In this document: in pieces, positions 1 to 10,572 of the stretch
How positions within the stretch are numbered: the stretch's first letter is position 1
Layout of the letters: every line of letters begins with the position of its first letter
DNA from: an uncultured Pelagibacteraceae bacterium
Lineage (GTDB): Bacteria; Pseudomonadota; Alphaproteobacteria; Pelagibacterales; Pelagibacteraceae
Assembly: GCA_902615975.1 (NCBI GenBank)
Contig: CACMRC010000003.1
Location: 57,833 to 121,832, forward strand
Reading direction: 5' to 3'
Length of the DNA: 64,000 nt
Translations under genes and position numbers: made by a program
Notes under the pieces: generated by a model
The model's database searches: none
What the model was told of the DNA's origin: nothing
The model's input: the letters and a program-made list of their open reading frames with translations, nothing else

Positions 1-815
1 TGAAAGTTTTATTAAACAATACATCATTATTTGAATCATTAAGGCCATTTAATGACCTTGGCTTTGTTCCAACTATGGGTGGAATACATAATGGTCATTT
101 ATCATTGATTAATAAATCAAATAAACTTTGCGAAAAAACAATTGTAAGTATTTTTGTTAATCCAAAACAATTTAATAACAAAAAAGATTTAAGATCCTAC
201 CCAAGAAATATCAAGAAAGATTTAAAAATTCTTAAAAAAAGCAAAAAAGTTGATTTTGTTTATCTTCCAAAATTTAAAGACATATATAAAGATAAAAAAA
301 AGTCAAAAATTACATTACTCAAAAAAGATATAATTTTGTGTGCTAAATTTAGAAAAGATCATTTTGAAGGCGTTATAGATGTAATGAATAAACTAACTAA
401 AATTATAAATCCTCAAAAGATATTTATGGGAGAAAAAGATTTTCAACAATTTTATTTGGTAAAAAAACAACTAGAACGAAAATACAAAACTATGGTCATC
501 CCTTGCAAAACAATTCGTGATAGTAATAATGTAGCATTTTCATCAAGAAACCTTCTTTTAAATAAATCTAGTTTAATCATTGCAGCAAAAATTTATAAAA
601 AACTATTAAGTATTAAAAAAAATATTAAAAATAAAAAAAATATTTCGAGTTTTTTGAAACTTCAAAAAAAAGAATTAAAAAATAATTATAAAATTAAAAT
701 TGACTATTTAGAGCTAAGAAATATAAAAAATTTAAAAATCTCAGGTACAAAAAAAAATTCAAGATTATTTATTGCCTATTATTTAAACAACGTCAGATTA
801 ATTGATAACCTGTAA
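1..815 (+). CDS. panC: pantoate--beta-alanine ligase (pantothenate synthetase), 5' end cut by window edge
   Basis: The frame is open from nt 3 with no start codon before the ORF-track ATG at 75. The translated 'VPTMGGIHNGHLSL' spanning that ATG is the PanC HIGH-type motif, so the true start lies upstream of the window. 'FMGEKDFQQ' occurs downstream. Stop TAA at 813-815. Confidence 0.85.
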   Translation, partial: KVLLNNTSLFESLRPFNDLGFVPTMGGIHNGHLSLINKSNKLCEKTIVSIFVNPKQFNNKKDLRSYPRNIKKDLKILKKSKKVDFVYLPKFKDIYKDKKKSKITLLKKDIILCAKFRKDHFEGVIDVMNKLTKIINPQKIFMGEKDFQQFYLVKKQLERKYKTMVIPCKTIRDSNNVAFSSRNLLLNKSSLIIAAKIYKKLLSIKKNIKNKKNISSFLKLQKKELKNNYKIKIDYLELRNIKNLKISGTKKNSRLFIAYYLNNVRLIDNL

Positions 816-817
816 TT

Positions 818-2191
818 TTATAAAAAATATGCTCCAACACCTAAAAAAGAAACAAAACCTATTACATCTGTAATTGTTGTCACAAAAACACTTGAAGCAA
901 TCGCTGGATCTATATTCATTTTTTTCAGAGTAAAAGGAACTAGTATTCCAAATAATCCAGCTATAATCATTGTTAGTACCATTGATATTGCTATTATTAT
1001 TGAAAGGATACTATCTTGAAACCATATCTGAACAATAAAAGCACTTATTACTGCAAATATAATTCCATTCAAAATACCAATAGAAAATTCTTTAAATACA
1101 TTAGATGAGAAATTGTTTTGAGTTAAATCATTTGTAGCTATAGTTCTTACTGTAACTGCAAGTGTTTGCATTCCAGCATTTCCTCCCATTGAAGCTACAA
1201 TAGGCATTAAGAAAGCTAATACTACCATCTGTTCAATTGTTGCACCAAATAAACTAATGCACCATGTAGCTAGAAAGGCAGTAAATAAATTAAGCAAAAG
1301 CCAATTGAATCTTCTCTTTGTTTTTTTTACAACTCCATCAGTAATTTCTTCGTCTCCTACTCCTGCTAATCTTAAAGTATCTTCTTCCGCCTCCTCTTTC
1401 AAAACTGTTAAAACATCGTCGTTCATAATCATACCAACTAATTTATTGTTTTTGTCAACAACGGCAGCTGAATTCAAATTGTAATTTTCAAATAAGTTGG
1501 CAACCTCCTCTTTATCCATTTCAACAGGAATTAGTAATTGCGACTCTGACATAATTGTTGCCATTTTAGTATCACGAGGTGTAGTTAAAACTCTAGATGA
1601 TGGAACGGTACCTATTGGTTTAAAATCCTCATTAACAATGAAAATTTCTAAAAACTCCTCTGGTAAATCTTTGTTTTCCCTTAAATAGTCAATTGTTTGA
1701 CCTACGGACCAATTGCTGGGTATAGCAGTAAATTCACGCTGCATAAGTCTGGCAGCAGTATCCTCTGGATAGCTTAAGCTTTCTAGAAGAGCAAATCTAT
1801 CCTTTGGTGGTAAGGAGCTAAGAATTGCATTTTTATCCTCCTCAGGAACATTTTCTAATATAGATATAGCATCGTCTGACTCTAAACCTTTTAGAATACT
1901 TACTATAGATTCTGATGATAAATAGGTAATAATTTCTGATTGAATAGACTCATTTAATTCAACAAAAACCTCCGGATCAATATTGAAATTGTTTAATTTA
2001 ATTAAACTTTCTCTATCCCCTTCGCTAAGGTGTTCGATAATATCCGCAGCATCAGCTGGGTGCATTTCATTAAATGAATTGGTAATAAATTGAGCGTCAT
2101 TGTTAGCTATTTTACTGGTAACAACTCTTATATATTCTTTATTAAATTCAAAATTTACTTTTTTATCTTTAGTTTTTTTAGTTAAAGACAT
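818..2191 (-). CDS. mgtE: magnesium transporter MgtE
   Basis: 457 aa. N-terminal MgtE_N-like 'MHPADAADIIEHLSEGDRESL', a central CBS-pair-like region, and a C-terminal multi-TM channel domain with 'MGGNAGMQT'. Confidence 0.9.
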   Translation of the reverse strand: MSLTKKTKDKKVNFEFNKEYIRVVTSKIANNDAQFITNSFNEMHPADAADIIEHLSEGDRESLIKLNNFNIDPEVFVELNESIQSEIITYLSSESIVSILKGLESDDAISILENVPEEDKNAILSSLPPKDRFALLESLSYPEDTAARLMQREFTAIPSNWSVGQTIDYLRENKDLPEEFLEIFIVNEDFKPIGTVPSSRVLTTPRDTKMATIMSESQLLIPVEMDKEEVANLFENYNLNSAAVVDKNNKLVGMIMNDDVLTVLKEEAEEDTLRLAGVGDEEITDGVVKKTKRRFNWLLLNLFTAFLATWCISLFGATIEQMVVLAFLMPIVASMGGNAGMQTLAVTVRTIATNDLTQNNFSSNVFKEFSIGILNGIIFAVISAFIVQIWFQDSILSIIIAISMVLTMIIAGLFGILVPFTLKKMNIDPAIASSVFVTTITDVIGFVSFLGVGAYFL

Positions 2192-2252
2192 AAATCTACC
2201 TATAATTTAGATTTGCACTATTAATACATAATTAAGATAATACAAATTATAA

Positions 2253-2870
2253 ATGAACATAGAGATCAAAAAGTCAATAAAACCAGTAAATTATTTTGAT
2301 GCTATTAATCTACTAGAGACAAGATTAAAGGATTTATATGAAAATAATGATCGAGAATTAATTTGGACTTTGGAGCATAATGAAGTTTTTACAGCAGGAA
2401 CTTCCTATAAAGAAAATGAGATTATTGATAGATCCATCAAAATATTAAAAACAAATAGAGGTGGTAAAATTACCTTTCATGGGCCTGGTCAATTAATTTG
2501 TTATTTTGTTCTAGATTTAAGAAAAAAAAAGGATATCAGGAAATTTATAACAACTATTGAAAAAACAATAATTCAAACATTAATGTTTTATAAAATAGAA
2601 ACTTTTCCAGATAAAAATAATATCGGCATATGGCATAAATATAATAATGAAGTTAAAAAAATTGCTGCAATAGGTATAAGAGTAAGTAAATGGATTGCCT
2701 ATCATGGTTTTGCAATAAATATAAATAATGATTTAAAAAATTATAAAAAAATTATACCATGTGGTATTTCAGATAAAGGAGTAACTAATTTAAAAAATAT
2801 TTTAAATCAAGATTACTCAAATCTAAGTGATATATTAGTTAAAAATTTTATTTCAAATTTGAAAAACTAA
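2253..2870 (+). CDS. lipB: octanoyltransferase (lipoyl(octanoyl) transferase) LipB
   Basis: '[17 protein letters not shown]', '[21 protein letters not shown]' and 'IIPCGI' match the LipB catalytic Lys/Cys regions. 205 aa. Confidence 0.9.
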   Translation: MNIEIKKSIKPVNYFDAINLLETRLKDLYENNDRELIWTLEHNEVFTAGTSYKENEIIDRSIKILKTNRGGKITFHGPGQLICYFVLDLRKKKDIRKFITTIEKTIIQTLMFYKIETFPDKNNIGIWHKYNNEVKKIAAIGIRVSKWIAYHGFAININNDLKNYKKIIPCGISDKGVTNLKNILNQDYSNLSDILVKNFISNLKN

Positions 2871-3765
2871 GCCTTTTAGATTTTAAAAGTTTTTTAAAAT
2901 AATCTGGTAACAGTGCTGAATAAGTATGCTTTATATCATTAATCTTAAATTTAATTTGATATGAATGTAGCATTAAATTTTTATTAATTCCTTTATTGGA
3001 ATTTGATAATTTATATTTTGTATCTCCAAATATAGGATTTCCAATTGCATATAGTTGTTTTCTTAACTGATGTTTTCGTCCAGTAATAGGTTTTAACTCT
3101 AATAAACTTGCTTCAGAATTTTTATCAATAACTGTGAAAATCGTTTTTGCTTTTTCGATTATTTTTTTATCGCCGTCGTACCTAATTAAATCATCATCCC
3201 AGATGCCAGATTTTTTATTAATTTCGCCTTGACAGATAGCTAAATAAGTTTTGTGTACTTTTCTTAGTCTAAATAAAGAAGTAAGCAATTGCGCGCTCTC
3301 TCTGTTTTTGGCCATAATAAAAACCCCAGAAGTATCTTTATCCAATCTATGAACAGAATATGGTTTTGTTCCCTCAAAGATTTCACTTTTAGCAAAAATA
3401 TCAACTAGATTTTTTTTTGATTTAGTTCCACCTTGTACTGATATTCCTGATGCTTTGTTTATAACAACAAAATTATCATTATTGTCAATAATTTGATCTT
3501 CATTTGATTTTACAATTTCTTTTGATGGTAAAAACTTAATTTTTTCTTGTTGAATTGTTTCTTTAAAATCAATGTTAAATATATTTATTTCATCTTTCGT
3601 TTTTATTTTAAAAGAGCTTTTTACTTTCTTTCTATTTAACTTTATTTTTCCTGTTCTTAAATATTTCTCAACTAGACCTTGTGGAATCTTACCAATTTTT
3701 AATCTTAACCATCTATCCAAACGCATATCATTACACGTTGAATCAACGATGTAAGATTTCTTCAT
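2848..3765 (-). CDS. RluA-family 23S rRNA pseudouridine synthase (RluC/RluD type)
   Basis: N-terminal S4-like RNA-binding segment '[31 protein letters not shown]' and catalytic-Asp motif '[16 protein letters not shown]'. 305 aa. Confidence 0.85.
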   Translation of the reverse strand: MKKSYIVDSTCNDMRLDRWLRLKIGKIPQGLVEKYLRTGKIKLNRKKVKSSFKIKTKDEINIFNIDFKETIQQEKIKFLPSKEIVKSNEDQIIDNNDNFVVINKASGISVQGGTKSKKNLVDIFAKSEIFEGTKPYSVHRLDKDTSGVFIMAKNRESAQLLTSLFRLRKVHKTYLAICQGEINKKSGIWDDDLIRYDGDKKIIEKAKTIFTVIDKNSEASLLELKPITGRKHQLRKQLYAIGNPIFGDTKYKLSNSNKGINKNLMLHSYQIKFKINDIKHTYSALLPDYFKKLLKSKRLSFSNLK

Positions 3766-3775
3766 GATTTAAGAT

Positions 3776-4219
3776 TTAAGCTGTAGCTTGTTTTTTCTCT
3801 TCCGTTTTAGGAGATTCTTTAGTTGTGTCTTTTTTTGGTTTATCAATTCTCTTGGCTTCAACGTCTCTATCAACAAATTCAATTATTGCCATTGGAGCAT
3901 TATCTCCATATCTAAATCCAGCTTTAATTATTCTTGTGTAACCACCTTTTCTATCTTGATATCTTTTTGAAAGAGTTTTTTTAACTTTATTAGCTGATTT
4001 AATATCTTGTAGTTTAGAAACTAACATTTTGGTTGTCTGTAAAGTTTCTTTTTTACCTAATGTTATTATTTTATCCGCTTGAGGTTTTAGAAATTTAGCT
4101 TTTGGCAAAGTAGTTTTAATCTGCTCATACTTGATCAAAGAATTAAGCATATTCTTAAGTAGAGCTTTTCTGTGCTCTGATGTTCTATTTAACTTCTTAT
4201 TTGCCAAACCATGTCTCAT
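3776..4219 (-). CDS. rplQ: 50S ribosomal protein L17
   Basis: Canonical L17 N-terminus '[24 protein letters not shown]'. Sits directly after rpoA. Has a Lys/Glu-rich C-terminal tail. Confidence 0.97.
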   Translation of the reverse strand: MRHGLANKKLNRTSEHRKALLKNMLNSLIKYEQIKTTLPKAKFLKPQADKIITLGKKETLQTTKMLVSKLQDIKSANKVKKTLSKRYQDRKGGYTRIIKAGFRYGDNAPMAIIEFVDRDVEAKRIDKPKKDTTKESPKTEEKKQATA

Positions 4220-5247
4220 TAAATTGCTTCCTCCAATTTCTTAGACATTTCTGCAATGTTGTCTGGTGGCCAGTTAGGAATTTCCATTCCTAAATATAAA
4301 GACATACCTGTTAAAACTTCTTTAATTTCATTTAATGATTTTCTTCCAAAATTAGGTGTTCTCAACATTTCACCCTCAGATTTTTGAACTAGATCACCGA
4401 TATAAATAATATTGTCATTTTTTAAGCAGTTCATTGATCTAACTGATAACTCTAACTCATCTACTTTTCTTAGTAAGTTTTTGTTAAATTCAGGTTCATT
4501 AGAAACTTCTTTTACAGGAGCTTCAACTGGCTCATCAAAGTTTACAAACATTTTAAGCTGATCTTGGAAAATTCTAGCTGAATAAGCTACAGCATCTTCA
4601 GCAGAAATTGATCCATTAGTTTCAACTTCCATTATTAATTTATCATAATCTAATGCTTTACCTTCTCTGGCAGTACTTACTGAATATGAAACTTTTTTAA
4701 CTGGACTATAAAGTGAGTCTATCGCAATAAGGCCTAATGGTGGCTCTTCAGGTTTATTTAGCTCTGCAGGAACATATCCTTTACCTGTATTAACATTCAT
4801 CTCCATATGAAAAGTAGTATTTTCATCTAGATTACAAATAACTAAATCAGGATTTAAAATTTCAACATCTGCAACTGGAGCTATATCTGAAGCTTTAATT
4901 TCTCCAGGTCCTTTTGCGTCTAAAATTAATTTTTTTGTACCCTCAGAATTGCTTTTCAATGCTAAAGATTTTACGTTTAAAACTATATCTGTCACATCTT
5001 CTCTAACACCTTTTATTGAAGTGAATTCATGTAAAACTCCATCAATTTGAATTGATGTTACAGCAGCTCCTCTTATGGATGATAATAAAATCCTTCTTAG
5101 AGAATTTCCTAAAGTTAATCCATAACCTTTTTCTAAAGGCTCAGCTACAATTTTTGCATGGGTTAAGTCGTCACTTATTTGAACATCTAATTTAGATGGT
5201 TTGATTAATGACTTCCAATTTTTTACATTAACATTTTCGATTTCCAT
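4219..5247 (-). CDS. rpoA: DNA-directed RNA polymerase subunit alpha
   Basis: 342 aa. N-terminal domain '[21 protein letters not shown]'. C-terminal domain '[22 protein letters not shown]'. Position is rpsK-rpoA-rplQ. Confidence 0.98.
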   Translation of the reverse strand: MEIENVNVKNWKSLIKPSKLDVQISDDLTHAKIVAEPLEKGYGLTLGNSLRRILLSSIRGAAVTSIQIDGVLHEFTSIKGVREDVTDIVLNVKSLALKSNSEGTKKLILDAKGPGEIKASDIAPVADVEILNPDLVICNLDENTTFHMEMNVNTGKGYVPAELNKPEEPPLGLIAIDSLYSPVKKVSYSVSTAREGKALDYDKLIMEVETNGSISAEDAVAYSARIFQDQLKMFVNFDEPVEAPVKEVSNEPEFNKNLLRKVDELELSVRSMNCLKNDNIIYIGDLVQKSEGEMLRTPNFGRKSLNEIKEVLTGMSLYLGMEIPNWPPDNIAEMSKKLEEAI

Positions 5248-5696
5248 TAAACTCTCCTTTTTTTTGGTGGTCTAGTTCCATTATGAGGCATAGGCGTAGT
5301 GTCTTTGATTGACAAAATCTTAAATCCTCTAGCTTGCAATGCTCTTAAGGCTGTTTCTCTTCCTGATCCAGGTCCTTTGACTTCAACGGACAAAGTTTTC
5401 ATTCCGTACTCTAGAGCTTTAGAAGCTGCAGAGTCAGCTGCTATCTGAGCAGCATAAGGAGTAGATTTTCTTGATCCCTTAAACCCTTTTTGTCCAGCAG
5501 ATGCCCATGAAATTACATTTCCATTAGTATCAGCAATAGAGATGATGGTATTATTAAATGTTGATTGCACATAAGCAATTCCATTTAAAATATTTTTTTT
5601 AACTTTCTTTTTTTTTGAATAAGAACTTTTTACACTTTTCTTGGTAGATTTTTCTACTTTCTGATCTTTATTCTCAACTTTATCAGCTTTAGCCAT
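5247..5696 (-). CDS. rpsK: 30S ribosomal protein S11 (with about 20-aa Lys-rich N-terminal extension)
   Basis: '[22 protein letters not shown]' and the C-terminal '[13 protein letters not shown]' are S11 hallmarks. Confidence 0.97.
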   Translation of the reverse strand: MAKADKVENKDQKVEKSTKKSVKSSYSKKKKVKKNILNGIAYVQSTFNNTIISIADTNGNVISWASAGQKGFKGSRKSTPYAAQIAADSAASKALEYGMKTLSVEVKGPGSGRETALRALQARGFKILSIKDTTPMPHNGTRPPKKRRV

Positions 5697-5698
5697 AA

Positions 5699-6082
5699 CT
5701 ATTTTTTAGTTGGTGTTAATTTTTTTCCAGCAATAGCAATTGCTTTTCCTTTTCTTGTCCTAGCATTACATCTAGTTCTTTGTCCTCTAACAGGTAATTT
5801 TTTTCTATGTCTTGTTCCTCTGTAACAAGCTAGATCAATTAATCTTTTAATACTTAATGAATAATCTCTCCTTAAATCACCTTCTACTTTAAAGTTTTGA
5901 TCTATGTACTCTCTAATTTTTAAAATCTCTTCATCAGTTAACTCATTTACTCTTTTAGCTCTTGGAATTTCTAAAGATGAGCAAATTTGCTGAGAGAATT
6001 TATCACCAATTCCATAAATATAAGTTAAACCTATATGAACAAGTTTATTCTGTGGAATGTTTATACCTGCGATACGAGCCAT
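5699..6082 (-). CDS. rpsM: 30S ribosomal protein S13
   Basis: '[13 protein letters not shown]', '[11 protein letters not shown]' and a basic C-terminus. Synteny is rpsM-rpsK-rpoA. Confidence 0.97.
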   Translation of the reverse strand: MARIAGINIPQNKLVHIGLTYIYGIGDKFSQQICSSLEIPRAKRVNELTDEEILKIREYIDQNFKVEGDLRRDYSLSIKRLIDLACYRGTRHRKKLPVRGQRTRCNARTRKGKAIAIAGKKLTPTKK

Positions 6083-6105
6083 AATTTTTGTGATAAATTG
6101 TGCCT

Positions 6106-6133
6106 TTTATATAAGAAGATTAATCAAAGTCAA
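6106..6133 (-). promoter_or_regulatory. candidate sigma70-type promoter for rpsM-rpsK-rpoA-rplQ (alpha-operon internal promoter)
   Basis: The minus strand reads TTGACT (6133-6128), a 16-nt spacer, then TATAAA (6111-6106). It lies in the 55-bp adk-rpsM gap, one of the few gaps in the cluster. Hexamers only, in an AT-rich genome. Confidence 0.35.
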
Positions 6134-6137
6134 CGTC

Positions 6138-6701
6138 TTATACATTGATAAAAGCATCTATTTTCCTTGTTATTTCATCAATTTCTAGGCTTCCATCAAT
6201 CTCTTTAAAATTCGGATTCTCAGAGTAGAAATTTAGAACTGGTTGGGTTGTTTCCATATATTTCTCATACCTTGAAACTATCGTATGAGCATCATCATCA
6301 GACCTATTTTCTATAATTTTTCTTTTCTCAAGCCTTTTGAGAATTATTTCTTTATCTACGTTTAGAAATAAAATTAAATCTATTTTCTGATTTGAATTTT
6401 TTAGTAACACTTCTAAATTTTTAGCCTGACTTAATGATCGAGGATATCCATCAAAGATTAATTTATTTTTTTTTTGAGGATCAAATATTAAATCTTCTAT
6501 AAGTTTATTAACAATATCATCACTTATAAATTTCCCATTCTTCATGTCATTGGTTATTGCTTTACCAATATCTGAATTTTTTTTCATTTCTTCTCGTAAA
6601 AGATCGCCTGTTGAAATTTGAAAGGCATTTAATTTGTTAACAAGATATTTAGACTGAGTACCTTTTCCAGCACCAGGAGGTCCAAATAAAATTATATTCA
6701 C
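6138..6701 (-). CDS. adk: adenylate kinase (short-LID form)
   Basis: P-loop 'GPPGAGKGTQ' and 'ISTGDLLR'. 187 aa with no Zn-finger LID. Position between secY and rpsM is typical of alphaproteobacteria. Confidence 0.95.
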   Translation of the reverse strand: MNIILFGPPGAGKGTQSKYLVNKLNAFQISTGDLLREEMKKNSDIGKAITNDMKNGKFISDDIVNKLIEDLIFDPQKKNKLIFDGYPRSLSQAKNLEVLLKNSNQKIDLILFLNVDKEIILKRLEKRKIIENRSDDDAHTIVSRYEKYMETTQPVLNFYSENPNFKEIDGSLEIDEITRKIDAFINV

Positions 6702-7982
6702 TTACTTACCAAATTTAGTTTTTTTAATCAGTTGTTCGTATTGTGAGCTCATTAATCTTGTTTGTATTTGTGTTACAGTATCGATAGCTACTACAACAAC
6801 AATTAATATAGATGCACCACCTAAATAAAAAGGTATAGGATAGTTTGCAATTAAAAATTCTGGCATCAAACAAACTAAAGTTAAATATAGAGCACCAATC
6901 GTAGTTAATTTTGTTGAAATATTTTCAATATATAATGCAGTACTTTCACCTGGTCTAATACCTGGCACAAATCCACCATACTTTCTCAAATTCTCAGCCG
7001 TTTCGGTAGGATTGAATGTTATAGAAGTATAAAAAAAAGTGAAAAATATTATTCCTGATGCATACAGCAACATATAAAGAGGTTGTCCTTGAGTAAAATA
7101 AGAGCTTAAGTTTAAAAATGTTTCATTATTAGAAAATGAGAAATTTGAGAATGTGACTGGTAGTAACAAAAGTGCGGAAGCAAAAATTGCAGGAATTACC
7201 CCAGCCTGATTTATTTTTAAAGGTAAATGTGATGACTCTCCACCATACATTTTATTACCCATTTGTCTTTTAGGATAATTAATTAGAATTTTTCTTAATG
7301 CTCTTTCCATAAAAACTACAAAGAGAATTGTAACTATTAATAGAACAAATATTGCTAAAATCATAAAGGTTGAAACTGCACCCGTTCTACCTAATTCAAA
7401 AGTTGTTACCAATGCTCTTGGAATTTCAGCTACAATACCAGCAAAAATTATTAACGAAATACCGTTACCAATACCTCGTTGTGTAATTTGTTCACCTAAC
7501 CACATTAAAAAAATTGTTCCTGCAACAATAGTTGTAACAGTAGTAATTTTAAAAAAAGCCCCTGGATTTATTACTAAGTCAGCTGACGATTCTAGACCTA
7601 CAGATAAACCATATCCTTGCACTGTTGCAAGTAACACTGTTCCATATCTAGTAATTTGGGTAATTTTAGCTCTACCAATCTCACCTTGTGCTTTTAGATT
7701 TTTAAAATAGTCAGAAACCCCAGTCAAAAGTTGAACTATAATTGCTGAAGAAATGTAAGGCATTATACCTAATGCAAAAATTGCCATTCTGCTAACTGCA
7801 CCTCCTGCAAAAACATTAAACATGCCTAACAACCCTTTTTGATTGCCTTCCATCATTATTTTCAATTGTTCTGGGTCTATACCTGGTAAAGGTACAAAAG
7901 TTCCAAATCTATAAACGGCTAAAATTAAAATAGTAAATATAATTCTATTTTTTAAATCATTTGTTGATGATGATGCGCTCAT
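6702..7982 (-). CDS. secY: preprotein translocase subunit SecY
   Basis: 426 aa polytopic protein. 'LGIMPYISSAIIVQLL' and 'GISLIIFAGIV' are SecY signatures. Position is rplO-secY-adk. Confidence 0.97.
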   Translation of the reverse strand: MSASSSTNDLKNRIIFTILILAVYRFGTFVPLPGIDPEQLKIMMEGNQKGLLGMFNVFAGGAVSRMAIFALGIMPYISSAIIVQLLTGVSDYFKNLKAQGEIGRAKITQITRYGTVLLATVQGYGLSVGLESSADLVINPGAFFKITTVTTIVAGTIFLMWLGEQITQRGIGNGISLIIFAGIVAEIPRALVTTFELGRTGAVSTFMILAIFVLLIVTILFVVFMERALRKILINYPKRQMGNKMYGGESSHLPLKINQAGVIPAIFASALLLLPVTFSNFSFSNNETFLNLSSYFTQGQPLYMLLYASGIIFFTFFYTSITFNPTETAENLRKYGGFVPGIRPGESTALYIENISTKLTTIGALYLTLVCLMPEFLIANYPIPFYLGGASILIVVVVAIDTVTQIQTRLMSSQYEQLIKKTKFGK

Positions 7983-7991
7983 ATAAACAAA

Positions 7992-8444
7992 CTATTTTTT
8001 TAATTGAATAGATCCACCAATTTTTTCTAGTTTTTCTATTGCTGATTTAGAGGCTAGGTCAGCTTCAATATTAATTTTATCTTTTACTTCACCAGAGCCT
8101 AAAATTTTTAATTTTTTGGAGTTTTTATTTATTAATTTAAGTTTTTTTAATAATTCTGCGTTTAATACTTCATTCGGATTAATATTTTTTTTATCTATGT
8201 AAGATTGAATTTTATCTAGATTTAAAATTGCTACACTCTCTTTTAATATTGGATTAAAACCTCTTTTTGGAAGTCTTCTGTATAATGGCATTTGACCACC
8301 TTCAAAACTTTTTATAGCTACTCCAGATCTTGATTTCTGACCCTTAACACCTCTACCTGATGTTTTGCCTTTTCCAGAACCAATTCCTCTTCCAACTCTT
8401 AATTTAGATTTATTGATTTTTTCTCTATTATTTAAAGTAATCAT
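7992..8444 (-). CDS. rplO: 50S ribosomal protein L15
   Basis: 'GRGIGSGKGKTSGRGVKGQKSRSG' glycine-rich L15 motif. The start shares one nt with the rpsE stop. Confidence 0.97.
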   Translation of the reverse strand: MITLNNREKINKSKLRVGRGIGSGKGKTSGRGVKGQKSRSGVAIKSFEGGQMPLYRRLPKRGFNPILKESVAILNLDKIQSYIDKKNINPNEVLNAELLKKLKLINKNSKKLKILGSGEVKDKINIEADLASKSAIEKLEKIGGSIQLKK

Positions 8445-8959
8445 TATCCTCTTTTTTCAATTATTTCAGAAATTTTTTTATTTCTTATTGCTGATATTTG
8501 TTTTGGTGAACTTTGTTTCTTCAATGCTTTCATTGTAGCTCTAATAACATTGTGCGCATTAGAGGTTCCCATAGATTTTGCAACAATATCTTTTACTCCT
8601 AAAACTTCGCATACTGCCCTCACAGGACCACCTGCTATTATACCTGTTCCTTTAGAAGCAGCTCTTAACACTATTCTACCTGAGCCGTCTTTTGCCTTAA
8701 CGTCATGATGTATCGTTCTACCTTCTCTTAATGGTATATGAGTAAGTTTTCTTCTTGCCATTTCATTTGCTTTTTTAATAGCATCAGGTACTTGTTTAGC
8801 TTTTGCGTGAGCTATACCGATTTTACCTGCTTGATTTCCAACTACTACAAGCGCTGAAAATCCAAATCTTCTTCCACCCTTAACAACTTTAGTAATTCGA
8901 TTTATGTGGACTAATTTTTCTAATATATCGTCAGTTTTTTTATCTTTTAAATTTTCCAT
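8444..8959 (-). CDS. rpsE: 30S ribosomal protein S5
   Basis: 'INRITKVVKGGRRFGFSALVVVGN' and 'GTGIIAGGPVRAV'. Confidence 0.97.
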   Translation of the reverse strand: MENLKDKKTDDILEKLVHINRITKVVKGGRRFGFSALVVVGNQAGKIGIAHAKAKQVPDAIKKANEMARRKLTHIPLREGRTIHHDVKAKDGSGRIVLRAASKGTGIIAGGPVRAVCEVLGVKDIVAKSMGTSNAHNVIRATMKALKKQSSPKQISAIRNKKISEIIEKRG

Positions 8960-8961
8960 AA

Positions 8962-9318
8962 TTAAAATTCCATCCCGTTTTCTCTTAGAGTTTCTGCAAA
9001 AACTTTAATTCTACCGTGATATTTGTAAGAACCTCTATCAAAGTAAATTTTAGTAATTTTTTTCTCTTGTGCTTTTTTAGCTAATTTTTGTGCAACCAAT
9101 TTAGATAACTCAGTTTTATTAACTTTGTCTGCTGATCTAAGATCTTTTTCTACAGATGAAGCTGATAACAAGGTTACATTTTTTGTGTCATCAATTATTT
9201 GAGCTGAAATATTTTTTGATGATCTAGAAATACTTAATCTAAATCTATCTTTTGAAGCAACTTTTTTAACTTTGTTGCTAACTCTAAATCTTTTTCTGAT
9301 ACTAGTGTTTATTTTCAT
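8962..9318 (-). CDS. rplR: 50S ribosomal protein L18
   Basis: 'NISAQIIDD' and the C-terminal '[27 protein letters not shown]'. Synteny is rplF-rplR-rpsE. Confidence 0.96.
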   Translation of the reverse strand: MKINTSIRKRFRVSNKVKKVASKDRFRLSISRSSKNISAQIIDDTKNVTLLSASSVEKDLRSADKVNKTELSKLVAQKLAKKAQEKKITKIYFDRGSYKYHGRIKVFAETLRENGMEF

Positions 9319-9857
9319 TACTTTTTCTTTCCCTCTTTTTTAAGAACATATTGTCCTTTTTCTCGAACACCTTTTCCTTTATATGGTTCAATTTTTCTGA
9401 ATGTTTTGATTTTAGATGCAACTTCACCAACGAGCTGCTTATCAGATCCTGTGATTTTTAATGTTGTTTGTTTTTCAACAGCAATTTTAATACCTTCTGG
9501 TATATCAAAATTGATATCATGGCTATAACCCAACTGCAAATTTAACTGATTTCCTTTTAATGCTGCTCTATAACCAACACCAATTAGTTCTAAAGTTTTT
9601 TCATAACCTGTGCTTGATCCAATTACAGCATTATTGATTAAACTTCTATTCATTCCCCAAAGTCTTTTTGAATTTTGATCTACTTTTTTTGGTTTAATAG
9701 AAATTTCTTTTCCTTCAATTATGTCTAAATTAAACATATCTAAATCAACATTGATCGATTTTTTACCTAAAGGTCCTTCAATATTTATAATATTACCAGC
9801 TAAAGCAACTTTTACTTTTTCAGGGATCGATATGTTTATTTTACCTATTTTAGACAT
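9318..9857 (-). CDS. rplF: 50S ribosomal protein L6
   Basis: '[17 protein letters not shown]', 'LIGVGYRA' and 'EPYKGKGVR'. Confidence 0.96.
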   Translation of the reverse strand: MSKIGKINISIPEKVKVALAGNIINIEGPLGKKSINVDLDMFNLDIIEGKEISIKPKKVDQNSKRLWGMNRSLINNAVIGSSTGYEKTLELIGVGYRAALKGNQLNLQLGYSHDINFDIPEGIKIAVEKQTTLKITGSDKQLVGEVASKIKTFRKIEPYKGKGVREKGQYVLKKEGKKK

Positions 9858-10252
9858 TAAAATACCTTACAAATTATTTCGCCACCAACTTTTTGTTTTC
9901 TAGCATCTATATCGGTCATTACTCCTTTTGGAGTTGAAACAATAGCAATTCCTAAACCATTATTTATTTTAGGTAAACTATCTGCAGAAGAAAAAATTCT
10001 TCTTCCCGGTTTAGATACTCTTTCAAAAGCGCTAATTACCGGATTACCGAAATGATACTTAAGTTCTAAAGACAACATTGGTTTTTTTTCCTCAGAACTT
10101 ACTTTAAAATCTTTTATGAAACCTTCGTTTTTAAGAATATCTGCAATTTTTGTTTTAAAATTAGATGAAGGTAGTTCTACTTTTTTATGATTTCTTGCTT
10201 GAGCATTCTTCACTCTTGCAATCATATCTCCTATAGGGTCACTTAAACTCAT
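9857..10252 (-). CDS. rpsH: 30S ribosomal protein S8
   Basis: 'DPIGDMIARVKNA' and the C-terminal 'GGEIICKVF'. Confidence 0.97.
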   Translation of the reverse strand: MSLSDPIGDMIARVKNAQARNHKKVELPSSNFKTKIADILKNEGFIKDFKVSSEEKKPMLSLELKYHFGNPVISAFERVSKPGRRIFSSADSLPKINNGLGIAIVSTPKGVMTDIDARKQKVGGEIICKVF

Positions 10253-10264
10253 AATTTTTCCTTT

Positions 10265-10570
10265 CTACCAGCTTGACTTAACTAAGCCAGGTATCTTTCC
10301 TTGTAATCCTAATTGTCTTAATGCGATTCTTGAAATTTTTAATTTTCTGTAAACACCGTGAGGTCTTCCAGTTATCTCACATCTATTCATAACTCTTGTT
10401 TTAGCCGAGTTTCTTGGTAGTTTAGATAATTTTTGTTGAGCTTTAAATCTTTCTTCTAATGGAATCTTTTTATCCATTACAATCTTCTTTAATGCTTGTC
10501 TTTTCTTATAAAGCCTATCTGAAAGCATAATTCTTTTTTTATTTTTATTAACAGCGCTTAACTTTGCCAT
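10265..10570 (-). CDS. rpsN: 30S ribosomal protein S14 (long, non-zinc form)
   Basis: 101 aa. 'NRCEITGRPHGVYRKLKISRIALR' and the terminal 'KSSW'. Confidence 0.96.
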   Translation of the reverse strand: MAKLSAVNKNKKRIMLSDRLYKKRQALKKIVMDKKIPLEERFKAQQKLSKLPRNSAKTRVMNRCEITGRPHGVYRKLKISRIALRQLGLQGKIPGLVKSSW

Positions 10571-10572
10571 AT

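Noticed and set aside
2192-2252. Mg2+ (M-box) riboswitch upstream of mgtE
   Set aside because: The divergent spacer is only 61 bp, far too short for an M-box aptamer, and no conserved M-box elements are visible.
6083-6137. Missing rpmJ (L36) and infA after secY
   Set aside because: In alphaproteobacteria adk normally follows secY and rpmJ/infA are encoded elsewhere, so this is not unusual.
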